NCBI GenBank assembly: GCA_963708365.1
Contig: CAVPSM010000013.1
Location: forward strand, 123,345 to 187,344
DNA from: an uncultured Actinomycetes bacterium
GTDB taxonomy: Bacteria > Actinomycetota > Thermoleophilia > Gaiellales > JAICJC01
Direction: 5' to 3'
Length of the DNA: 64,000 nt
Shown here: one piece after another, positions 47,828 through 57,800 of the stretch
Position numbering within the stretch: position 1 is the stretch's first letter
How the letters are laid out: the number at the start of each line of letters is the position of its first letter
The notes under the pieces: model-generated
Told to the model about the DNA's origin: nothing
The model's input: only the letters and a program-made list of their open reading frames with translations
The model's database searches: none
Made by a program: the position numbers and the translations under genes

Positions 47828-48019
47828 ATGAACTGGCTCGACGGACTCATGGATCGGCTCACCAAGAAGGGCACGAAGGTGGTGGCGGCCGGCCATGGGC
47901 CCGGCGACACCGAGCCGGAGACGGGATCGGGCGAGCTGTCCGAGGAGCTGCAGGCGGACTACGGCGCCGACTCGGCCGCCGCGGAGCCGCCGCAAGCGGC
48001 CGACACGACCGAGGGCTGA
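47828..48019 (+). CDS. Small acidic protein (63 aa), paralogue 2
   Basis: End of ORF 47480..48019, from the ATG at 47828: MNWLDGLMDRLTKKGTKVVAAGHGPGDTEPETGSGELSEELQADYGADSAAAEPPQAADTTEG. Confidence 0.55.
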   Translation: MNWLDGLMDRLTKKGTKVVAAGHGPGDTEPETGSGELSEELQADYGADSAAAEPPQAADTTEG

Positions 48020-48080
48020 CGCCGCCACATCATCCCAATCGGACGATCGCCAGCCTGCAGGGAGGACGAAGCTGGTCGCC

Positions 48081-48401
48081 ATGGGAATACGTGAGTGGTT
48101 TGCCAACCGGAGCAAGCACGCCGACGAAGACGCCATCAAGCGTGCCGAAGACAAGATGCGAGGCGGTTCCGTCGAGGAGCGCGAAACGATCTCGGGCGAC
48201 ATGGAAGGCCTGGCCGCCGACAACCGGGCCGAGGAGCGCGGGGTCATGTGGACGGGGAAGGCGTCGACCCCCGCAGCGGCTTCTAGGCGAGGCCGTCGCC
48301 CTCAAGCGCGGCAAGCATCGTCTGCAGCTTCGGGCCGGAGCTCGTCGGCCCGGTGGCAGAGTTGTACAACGGCCCGTGCACCGGCCGTGACCAGCCGGTA
48401 G
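48081..48401 (+). CDS. Small hypothetical protein; 3' end uncertain
   Basis: ATG at 48081 within ORF 47895..48401: MGIREWFANRSKHADEDAIKRAEDKMRGGSVEERETISGDMEGLAADNRAEERG.... The Arg/Ser-rich tail after about 48250 looks like read-through. Confidence 0.4.
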   Translation: MGIREWFANRSKHADEDAIKRAEDKMRGGSVEERETISGDMEGLAADNRAEERGVMWTGKASTPAAASRRGRRPQARQASSAASGRSSSARWQSCTTARAPAVTSR

Positions 48402-48900
48402 GCCAGGGCGACTCCGCGCGGAGCGACGGGCCGTGTGCGGTCGTCCAGCCGGTCGCCGACGGCCAGAGCGCGGGCGCCTGCGGGCGCAGGATGCGCCGGT
48501 TGTAGCCGCGCCGGTGTGACGGACCGGCCGAAGCTGTGCGCCTCGCTCGCGATCCGCCGGAACGAGCGCGCGAGCGCATCGCGCAACCGCGGGCTCGCGA
48601 GCTCGTCGATCCGGGCGAGCAGGACGCGTCGTCGGGCTGCGCGCCCGCAGCGCATGCTGATCCAGCCGTCGGCCTTTTCCCGACGCCTCGATGCGCTGTG
48701 CTCGACGCCGTGCGCACAAACGCGCAGAGCACCGCCGACGCGGCGACCGCGGCGAAGACGCGCGTCGACTCGAAGCCGGCCGCGACGCCGCGACGCCGCC
48801 CCGAACGGGACGTGGTAGGGCAGAGAGGCGAGGGTCGCCGGGCTGCACGAGCCCGCGCGCTCCTCGACGCCGAGCGTTCGTAAGTGCCTTGCTGCAGCAT
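48283..48900 (-). pseudogene. Degraded ORF(s) of unknown function
   Basis: Protein-like stretches are split between ORF 48302..48988 (LLARIDELASPRLRDALARSFRRIASEA...GVALAYRLVT) and ORF 48283..48900 (...GPLYNSATGP...KLQTMLAALEGDGLA). No family recognised. Confidence 0.3.
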
Positions 48901-48917
48901 CGGTGCTCAGCGAGCCG

Positions 48918-49388
48918 TCACGCGGCGACGGGCTCCTGCCGCGGACGGCATGGAACGTCTCGCGCGTCGTCGACGGGGTGATCACCATGACGGGGCACGG
49001 GCGCGTCGTGCAGCAGCCGCTGCGTCACGCTCGACGCGAGCACGCCGACGACCGGCTTGTGGCCACGGGTGGCGATGACGATGGCGCCTGCGCCGTGCTC
49101 CTTCGCCTGGCGGGCGATGACGGTCGCCGGATGGGCGAGCGACGTCGAGGCGAGCTCGAGATCGGCCTCGAAGCCCTCCGCACGCAGCTTGGCAACGATC
49201 TCGTGCAGCCGGGCGATGCGCTCATCCTCGTCGACGTGCACCGCGAAGCGGCCGCCGCGGGCGCCGGCCATGAGCTGGTTGACGTGCAGCACGACGATGC
49301 GCGACATGAACTGGGTCGCGAGCTCCTGGGCGGCCGGGAGGGCCCGCTCCGATTCTGTCCCGTCGAGTGCGACGATGATGGTTTCCAT
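48918..49388 (-). CDS. Universal stress protein (UspA family); probable frameshift at the C-terminal strand (about 48990)
   Basis: ATG at 49388 within ORF 48918..49466: METIIVALDGTESERALPAAQELA...IVVLHV...GAIVIATRGHKPVVGVLASSVTQRLLHDAPVP. The expected ...VMVI strand is in the adjacent frame (start of ORF 48302..48988). Confidence 0.75.
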   Translation of the reverse strand: METIIVALDGTESERALPAAQELATQFMSRIVVLHVNQLMAGARGGRFAVHVDEDERIARLHEIVAKLRAEGFEADLELASTSLAHPATVIARQAKEHGAGAIVIATRGHKPVVGVLASSVTQRLLHDAPVPRHGDHPVDDARDVPCRPRQEPVAA

Positions 49389-49442
49389 GATGGAATCGCT
49401 CCTCTTCCGGTACTGGTTGGGGCAGGCTAGAGCGATCGTCAT

Positions 49443-49458
49443 GAGAATCCATATTCTC
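49443..49458. promoter_or_regulatory. Inverted repeat GAGAAT-N4-ATTCTC in the AT-rich divergent intergenic region
   Basis: tcatGAGAATccatATTCTCgaca lies between the usp-like gene and the XRE-cupin regulator gene. It is a candidate operator only. Confidence 0.3.
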
Positions 49459-49483
49459 GACAGCAACGCTTCATAGCGACTCG

Positions 49484-50639
49484 ATGGCGGACGACGACGG
49501 CCCCCACTATCCCGTCGCCAGCACCGGTGTCGCTGACCTGGACAGCGCCCTGCACGGCCTCTACTGGGGCGACAACGTCGTCTTCGAGCCCGACAGCACC
49601 GATACTGCCGTCCCGTTCTTCGCCGCCATCGCCGAGCACAGCGAGCCCTACGACCAGGCCGCCTACGTCACGCTCACGCTCGACCCGGAGCCGATCAACC
49701 GCGACTACCCCAGCCTCGGCGTCGTCGACGCGCGCCCGCACACGCCGCTCGCCGAGGCCGGCGCGCTCCTGAACGAGGTCCGCCGCCGCTCCAAGCCGCA
49801 GGCGCGGACGCTGCTCCTGTTCGACCCGCTCGACGACATGGCCGCGCGCTGGGGCACCGACATGGCCCGGCGGTTCTTCACCCGCTGCTGCCCGCTGCTG
49901 CTCGAGGTCGGCGCAATCGCGTACTGGACGCTCTCGCAGGGCGAGCGGTTCGAGGCGCTGCGGCGCGACGTCGAGGACGTGACCCAGTGCGTGCTCGTCG
50001 TCCGCGACGGCCGGCTGCGGATCGCGAAGGCCGAGGGCCGGCCCGTGGGCGTGCAGGGCAGCGTCTACCACTACCGGCTCGCCGACGGGAAGCCGGAGCT
50101 GACCCAGGCGCCGGCCGCGGCCCGGCTGGGCGGGGCGCTTCGGGCAGTGCGCATGCAGCGCCAGCTGAGCCAGGCCCAGCTCGCCCAGCTCGCCGGCGTC
50201 TCGGCGAGCGCGATCTCACAGGCCGAGCGAGGCCAGCGCGGCCTCTCGCTCGAGACGCTGCTCACGCTGACCGCGAACCTGAACATCACCGTCGATGAGC
50301 TCCTGCGCGGCCACGTCTCGCCCGGCTACCGGCTGGGCCGCCGCGACGACCCGGCGGCCGCCCCGACGGGCAATCCCGATCCCGCTGCTCGACGACCCCG
50401 AGGCCGGCCTGCGGGCCTACCTCGTCCGGCTCGCCCCGGGCGCGACCGCGACGCCGAACATCGACCACAAGGGGAGCGAGCTCGTCGCCGTCATCGGCGG
50501 GCTCGTCCAGGTGCAGCTGACGAGCGGACGGCCGGTACTGCGCCAGGGTGAAGCGCTGCTCGCGGACCGGTCGAGCATCCGTGGCTGGCGCAACATCGCC
50601 CAGCGTCCGGCCGCGCTCTTCTGGGTGATCAGGGACTAG
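49484..50639 (+). pseudogene. Three-domain regulator: degenerate KaiC/RecA-like N-domain - XRE HTH - cupin; one frameshift near 50385
   Basis: ORF 49484..50551 reads MADDDGPHYPVASTGVADLDSALHGLYWGDNVVFEP... (no Walker A) ...LRAVRMQRQLSQAQLAQLAGVSASAISQAERGQRGLSLETLLTLTANLNITVDELL. ORF 50295..50639 reads IPLLDDPEAGLRAYLVRLAPGATATPNIDHKGSELVAVIGGLVQVQL... (cupin). Confidence 0.7.
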
Positions 50640-50974
50640 CTGAGCGTGATCGGCACGTTCCAGGGATACATGTACGGGCCGTCCGATTCTGCGATCGACG
50701 CCCACGCCTGCACGTCGGCGGGGCCGGCCGCAAAGGCCGGGCCGGACACATGCGTGACATCGGCGGTCCAGCGGAACGAGCGTCCGCTCGCCGGCCGGTG
50801 AAGCAAACGGGATTCCCCGATGCCGACTGCCGTCGAGCCGTTTGCGCCCTGCTTGATCACGAACGTGACCACCGCCGCCTGCTCGGCGTTCTTCCAGGCG
50901 CCGGTCGGACCGTTGATGACGAAGTTCCCGTTCGCGTTTTGGAGCTTCTGCTGCTTGTTGACCTTGGGGCTCAT
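50636..50974 (-). CDS. Small protein of unknown family, paralogue C (112 aa)
   Basis: ATG at 50974 after GGAGGGAG, within ORF 50636..51001: MSPKVNKQQKLQNANGNFVINGPTGAWKNAEQAAVVTFVIKQG...VQAWASIAESDGPYMYPWNVPITLS. Confidence 0.65.
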   Translation of the reverse strand: MSPKVNKQQKLQNANGNFVINGPTGAWKNAEQAAVVTFVIKQGANGSTAVGIGESRLLHRPASGRSFRWTADVTHVSGPAFAAGPADVQAWASIAESDGPYMYPWNVPITLS

Positions 50975-51057
50975 GGTGCGCTCCCTCCGTGGAGTGTTCA
51001 CCCACGAGACGCGGCTGACAGGTGTTTCCTTCCGCAGTCGGCGGAGTCTGCGGGATG

Positions 51058-51345
51058 TCAGAGGTCGACCGAGATGTCGACGTCGCAGTCGTACGTCCCG
51101 AGGCCGCCGCCTTCTGCGATCGCGGCCCAGGCGTGGACAGCCGCCGCGCCGGTCTCGAACGGCGGACCCCGACCGGACGGTTGTACACCGTCGTCTCCCC
51201 CAGGCCGGCGCTCACGGAACCGGTCTCGACTGCGTGACCACGAAGAACATCACTGGCTCCGATTCGTCGCTATCCCCAGTCGCCGGTCGGCCCCTTCATG
51301 ACGAACCTGTCGAACCGCTCCCTTCTCGTCTCGACTGCCCTTCAC
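51058..51345 (-). pseudogene. Small protein of the same family, paralogue B, at least 3 frameshifts
   Basis: My translation gives a GTG at 51345 (GTGA overlap with the paralogue A stop). The pieces are ...RFVMKGPTGDWG / DSDESEPVMFFVVTQS / VETGSVSAGLGETTVYNRPVG / PPFETGAAAVHAWAAIAEGGGLGTYDCDVDISVDL, then a stop. Confidence 0.6.
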
Positions 51346-51746
51346 CTGGGCGGCATGGGCCTGGCCAGCCGCACCGGCAGTCTCCACTCATACACCCAGG
51401 ATCCGCCGTCGGTATCCGCGTAGAGCGCCCACGCCGCGGCCGTCGCGCCGCCTGGCTCAAGCGCAGCGCCTCCAACAACGTGCGCGGTGAGCTCCCACTT
51501 CGGCTCGGATGGCGTCGGGTCTGTCGGCTGCTCATACCTGCTTGACCAGCCGATCGATGTGACGATCGTCGGCTCGTCCCCATCGCCGACATCCTGCGAG
51601 ACCACGGCCGTGTAGACGGCGGCGCTGGTCGCCGGATCCCAGGTGCCCGCGGGTCCCGCCACCGCGACAGATTTCCCGTCAGGAGCCAGGTAGAGCACGT
51701 TGTCGATCTTCGGGCTCATCAGCGGTTTGAATGCCGGGGGTGGCAT
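51342..51746 (-). CDS. Small protein of the same family, paralogue A (134 aa)
   Basis: The ATG at 51746 sits 5 nt after AAAGGAG and 14 nt after the stop of the upstream cyclase-AAA-TPR gene: MPPPAFKPLMSPKIDNVLYLAPDGKSVAVAGPAGTWDPATSAAVYTAVVSQD...AAAWALYADTDGGSWVYEWRLPVRL. Confidence 0.7.
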   Translation of the reverse strand: MPPPAFKPLMSPKIDNVLYLAPDGKSVAVAGPAGTWDPATSAAVYTAVVSQDVGDGDEPTIVTSIGWSSRYEQPTDPTPSEPKWELTAHVVGGAALEPGGATAAAWALYADTDGGSWVYEWRLPVRLARPMPPR

Positions 51747-51760
51747 GGGAGCTCCTTTCG

Positions 51761-54700
51761 CTAGGAGGCGACGCCTGCGATCGCCTGTTCCAACCTGACG
51801 CTGCTGACAGCATTTCCCTTCCGCCGGTAGACGTCCAGGGCGCTCTCGCGGGCATGTAGCGCTTCCTGTGAATCGCCGGCCGCCTCGCGCACGACGGCCA
51901 GGTCTTCGAGGGCACCGGCGTGGTCGTTCAGGTAGTCGGTCCGCTCGGCAAGCGCGACCGCGTCGCGTGCCAGCCGCTCGGCCTCGCGCAGCCGTCCCTG
52001 CCCGGCCAGCGCACCGCCCGCACCCGCCGCCACATCACCTGTGCCGCCAGATCGCCGTCGGTGGTGAGCCTTGCGGAGCGGCGCGCGAGCCGATCGGCCT
52101 CCTCCACCCGGTCCTGGGCGAGCACGGCCATCCCCAGCATCGCCTCGGTCGAGGCGAGCACGGCCTTCTCGCCCATCGCCTCCAATTGGCGCCGACCGGA
52201 ACGCAGGTGGCGCTCGGCTCGCGCCGGCTCGCCTGCAAGCATCGACACGAGCACCTCGGGGTGCGAGACCGCCGCGTCGACCGTCGGAGAGAAGCCCGCC
52301 AGCGCCTCGTTCGCGTCATCCAGCAGCGCGAACGCGCGATCGAACTCACCGCGCATCGCGTGGAGGCCCGCGACCTGATGCTGGACGAGCGCCGCTGCCC
52401 ACGGGTTCGTGGTCAGGCGCCCAAGGATCTCCGTACAGCGGGCGAATGCCTCCTCCACCGGTGTCGGACCTTGTGTCGCCGCGGACGCCTCCCAACCGAG
52501 CGCGTCCGCCAGGGTGCGGTCGTCCGTGGCCAACGACGCATGCTCAGCGGCCCACCGCCAGCACTCCGACGCATCGCCCGCGCGAGCCTGGATCCACGAC
52601 AGCAGTCCCCGCAGATGCCACAGCCGCGCCAGTCCGGCGTGGTCCTCGGCCTCGGTCAGCGTCGCCGACAGCCGTGCGCCCCGGCGCGAGGCCTGACGGG
52701 CCACTCCCTCGGGATCGACCTGCAGCTGCGCCAGCATCCGCTCCACCTGAGCGCGCGCGACAAGCGCCGAGTCGTCGCAGACCTTCGCGATCCGCGTCGC
52801 CTGGGCAAGGGCGGTGTTGGCCTCGTCGAAGCGACCCTCCTCCCCCAGCACGCCGCCGAGGTCGATCAGCAGGGCAGCCCGCTCCGGATCCTCTGCCGGC
52901 CGCAGCGCAACCGCGCGGCGGAGCAGACTGGCGGCCGCGGCCCGGTCGCCGGCCCGCAGCACCCGCCGCCCGGCGGCGCTCAGGTACCCCGAGGCGTCCG
53001 CAGCCAGAGCGCGGTGCGGCAGCGCATCGACCCGGCCCAGCTCGCGCCGGTACGCGTAGGCCCGCTCGAGGTGGTAGCCGATGATCTCGTCGAGCTCACG
53101 CTCCTCGGCGGCCGGCCCGCGCAGCCAGTCCGCGAACCCGATGTGGAGCTCGGCCCGGCGCCGCTTCGGGATCAGCTCATACGCCGCATCGCGGACGAGG
53201 AGGTGGGTGAAGCGGTAGGCATCGTCGGCCGCGACGTCGCGCCGCGCGGGACGTACCAGCTCGCGCCTCTCGAGCTCCGCGAGGCCGGCGTCGACGTGCA
53301 CATCGGGGTGGTCGGCGAGAAGCGCCGCGATGACGACGCGCCGGAACTCGCGCCCCTCGACTGCCCCCGCCTCAATCACCCTGCGGGCGTGGTGCGGCAA
53401 CCCGTCGACGCGGGCGGCAAGCAGCGCCTGGATGCTCGGCGGCACGGCCTTGGAGGGGTCATCCGAGCGCATGGCCACGAGGTGCTCGAGGAAGAGCGGG
53501 TTCCCCTCCGCCGCCGCCAGGATCTCGAACCGGCGTAGCTGCGCGCCCTGACGGCCGGCAAGGCCGCGGAGGAGCTTCGAAGAGTTGGTGTCCGAGAGCG
53601 GCCGCAGCCGAAGCGTCGCCCCGCGCCCGAACGCGGTCGCCCACGACGGCCGCCGCTCGAGCAGGTCGTCCCGGGCGAGACACACGATGCCGACCGGTGC
53701 GCTCGTCACATAGCCGGCCAGGTACTCGATCAGGTCGAGCAGAGGTGGCTCCGCCCACTGGATGTCGTCGAACGCGACGAGCAACGGCTGCGGCCGCGCG
53801 ATCGACTCGAGCAGGCGGCGCACCGCCCACTGCACGTCCTGCGCGGTCGCGGTCGACTGCGACCGGCCGATCGCGCCGGAGACCATCGCCGCGGCCAGCG
53901 TGTCCTGATCGTCACCCGGCATGAGCCGCTCGAGCGCGTCGACCCCACCCAGGTCGTCGACGATCTCCTTCAGCGGCCAGTACGTGATGCCCTCGCCGTA
54001 GGGGAGGCAGCGGCCGACCACGATGCGCGCCTCCGGCTCGACCTCGGAGACGAGCTGGCGGACGAGCCGCGACTTGCCGATCCCCGCTGGACCGAGGACG
54101 GTCGTGACGACGCAGCGGCGCGACTGGGTGGAGACCGCGAAGCGGCGGCGGAGCGCTCCCAGCTCTCGCTGCCTCCCCACCATCGCCGCGCCCGAGCCGC
54201 GGCGCAGGCGGATGCGATCGGGCGCGAGGCCCTCGACCCGCCACGTGCGCATCCGCCCGGTCTTGCCGCGCAGCTCGAGGTCGTCATGGCGGCGGACCCG
54301 CACGGCGGCGGCCACGAGCCGGTGCGTCTCGGGGCCGATCAGCACCTCGCCGGTCGGCGCCGACGCCTGCAGGCGCGCGGCGGCGTTCACCGCGTCACCG
54401 GCGATCAGCCCCTGGTCGAGGGCGCGCTCGTCGGTGATCACCTCGCCCGTGTGCACGCCGATCCGTACGCCAAGCTCGACGCCGTACTCGCGGTCGAGCT
54501 CGCGGTTCAGGTCGGCCAGGCCGTCCCGCATCTCGAGGGCCGCCCGGACGGCTCGGAGCGCGTCGTCCTCGTGCAGCACCGGCACCCCGAACACGGCCAT
54601 CACCGCGTCGCCGATGAACTTCTCGACCCGGCCGCCGTGGCGCTCGAGCACCTGCCGCATCTCACCGCCGTAGCGGGTCATTACATGCTGGAACGACTCC

Positions 54701-54816
54701 GGATCGAGCCGCTCGCCGAGGCCCGTCGACCCGACCACGTCGGAGAAGACGATCGTGACCGTCTTACGAACCCGCGCACCCACCGCAGACTCGCGACTCA
54801 CGTTACGAGCCTCCAC
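51761..54816 (-). CDS. Class III adenylate/guanylate cyclase - AAA/STAND ATPase - TPR protein; one frameshift near 52013 close to the C-terminus
   Basis: ORF 51928..54816 (962 aa) reads VTIVFSDVVGSTGLGERL...EKFIGDAVMAVFG...GVHTGEV...GDAVNAAARLQ, with P-loop VLGPAGIGKSRL and TPR-like repeats. The last approx. 85 aa continue in ORF 51761..52033 (...ALAGQGRLREAERLARDAVALAERTDYL...), consistent with a GGG-to-GG deletion. Confidence 0.85.
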
Positions 54817-54898
54817 ACGCGCGATCTTACGGGACGGGCCGAGACGGCGGGCGTTACGGTACGAAAGGTTTCCGCGGCGTCCGCGGACGCCTCACTCG

Positions 54899-57800
54899 AT
54901 GCGCCGGTTCGACGGACAGCCGCTCCTCTCCCCCTCCGACCTGAACAACCTGCTCGAGTGCCGCCACCTGATGGCGCTCGAACTCGCCCGGTTCAGCGGC
55001 AACGGGGTCGCAACGGTCGGGCCGCGGCGCGCACGTCGACATCCTCGCCCGCTACGGCGAGCAGCACGAGGCCGCGATCCTGGAGGCGTACGAAGCGAGT
55101 GGGCGAACCGTCGAGCGCGGGTCGGGGCCGGCGCGAGGATGAGTTCCGCGCCGCGCATCGAGCAGACGCTCGAGGCGATGCGCGCGCGGCGTCGACGTGA
55201 TCCACCAGGCGACGCTCGAGGGCGACGGGTTCGGTGGATATGCCGACTTCCTGGAGCGCGTCGCGCTGCCCTCCGCCCTGGGCGACTGGAGCTACGAGGT
55301 GGCCGACGCGAAGCTGGCGCGCGCGACGAAGGGCTACTTCCTGGTGCAGCTGTCGGTCTACGCCGCGCTGCTCGAGAGCCTCCAGGAGCTCGAGCCCGAG
55401 AGCTCGGGTGCTGCTCGGCGACGGCCGCCGGGACTCCTACCGCACCGACGACTTCGCCGCCTACGTGCGGAGGACCGGGCGTGCGCGGAGCGAGACCATC
55501 GCGGCCGGGCTCGGCAAGACCTATCCCCTGCCCTGCGGCCACTGCCCGCATCTGCGTCTACCGTCAGCACTGCGACCAACGACGGCGGGCAGACGACCAC
55601 CTCTCTCTCGTGGCGGGCATCCGCCGCGACCAGGTGGCCCGGCTGGAGCTGGACGGGATCGCGACGCTCGCGGCCCTGGCGGGGCTCGATCCCGAGCGGC
55701 CCGTCCAGCAGTTTCCCAGCGACTCGCTCGCGAAGCTGCGTCGCCAGGCGGCGCTCCAGCTACCCGAGCGCGAGACCGGGGAGCAGTGCTACGAGCTGCT
55801 CGATTACGGGCCGGGCCACGGCTTCGGCCTGCTGCCCGAGCCCGCGCCAGGCGACCTCTTCTTCGACATCGAGGGCGACCCCTACATCGGCGACCGCGGC
55901 CTCGTGTATCTGTTCGGCTCGGCTGGCTGGAGGTGCCGAGGAGCACTACGAGGTGTTCTGGGCGCACATCGCGAAGCAGGAGAAGGCGGCGTTCGAGCGT
56001 GCTGGTCGACTTCATCATGGGCTGGCGCGCAGCGGCACCCGGGCTGCCACATCTACCACTACGGCGCCGATCGAGGAGACGGTGCTGAAGGCAGCTCGCG
56101 ATGTACCACGCCACCCGCGAGCCCGAGGTGGACACGCTGCTTCGCGCCGGCGCCCTGGTCGACCTCTACGGCGTCGTCCGGCAGGGCGTGCGCATCTCCA
56201 AGGAGAGCTACTCGCTGAAGAAGGTCGAGGACTTCTACTGGGGCGAGCGCGCGAGGCAGGTGAAGGAGGCGGGCGGCTCGATCGTCGCGTACGAGAGCTG
56301 GCTGGGCACGGCGACCAGGCCCAGCTCGACGCGATCGCGCTCTACAACCGCGAGGACGTGCCAGTCGACGCGCGGCTTGCGCGACTGGCTGCTGCGGCTG
56401 CGCGAGGAGCTCGTCGCGACCGGCGCGGCGGTCGAATGGCGGCCCGACCGGCCGAGGGAGCCGAGGAGGCGGCCGAGGAGATCGATGCCGAGACGGCGGC
56501 GCTGCGGGACACGCTGCTCGCAACCGGCGAGCCCGACGACCGGCTGCTGGGCGAGCTGCTGATGTACCACCGGCGCGAGGCCAAGCCCTCGTAGTGGTGG
56601 TACTTCGAGCGAGTCGAGAAGACCGAGGAGGAGCTGCGCGACGACGACGACGAGGCGATCGGCGGCCTGAGCCCGCCGGCCCGGAGATCCAGCTGGCGCA
56701 GTCGCGCGGCGTGCCGATGCGGTTCCCGCTCCAGTCGATGAAGCTCGATGCGGGCGGCGTCGGTCGACCCGGCCAGCGAGCGCGGCGCGGAGATCGTGGA
56801 GATCGACCCGGTCGCGGGCACGCTGACGCTGAAGCTCGGGCCGAAGAACTGGGGCAGGATCCGGTGCCACGGTCGCTGATCCCGGGTGAGCCGCTGCCCG
56901 ACACGAGGTGCAGCGCGCAGCGCTGCGCCGCCTGGCGGCGTGGCGTGCTCGGCGGCGGCACGGCGGCTATCCGGCGGCGCGCGCGCTGCTTCGCCGCGAC
57001 GGCCCGCGGATCGCCGGCAGTCCGCCCGGGAGCCCGCTCCTGGCCGGCGGCTACACGGTGGAGCAGGCCGTCGACCTGGCGCTCCGGCTCGATGCAGCGA
57101 TGCTCCGATCCAGGGCCCCCGGGGACGGGCAAGACCTACGCGGGTGCGCAGATCGCCGTCGCGCTGATGGCGCGGGACGACGGGTCGGCGTCACCGCGCC
57201 CAGCCACAAGGCGATCCACAACCTGCTCGAGGAGATCGAGCGGATCGCGCGCGCCGCGGGCGTGGCGTTCCGCGGGCTACAAGCGAGCGGCGACAGCGAC
57301 AACGCGTACGACTCGCCGCTCGGCGACGGGGGCTCGATCGAGAACGTCGCCAACGACGCGATCGAGGCGGCGTCCGGCGACGTCCTGCTCGTCGCCGGCA
57401 CGGCGTGGCTGTTCGCGCGGGAAGGGATGGCGGACGCGATCGACACGCTGATCGTCGACGAGGCGGGCCAGGTCGTCCCTGGCTGACACGCTCGCCGTCG
57501 GCACGAGCGCCGCAACGTCATCCTGCTCGGCGATCCGCAGCAGCTCGCCCAGGTCGCCCAGGGCGGGCACCCGGAGGGACGGCGGTGTCCGCGCTCGCAC
57601 ACGTGCTCGGCGGGGATGCCGGACGATCGCGCCCGAGCGCGGCCTCTTCATCGACGTCAGCCGGCGCATGCACCCCGACGTGTGCGCGTTCGTCAGCGAG
57701 ATCAGCTACCCGGCGAGCTCCACAGCCGGCCGGAGTGCGCCACCCAGCGGGTGGACTCCGCCGGCCTGTCCGGGACGGGCCTGCGCTGGTTCCCGGTCGC

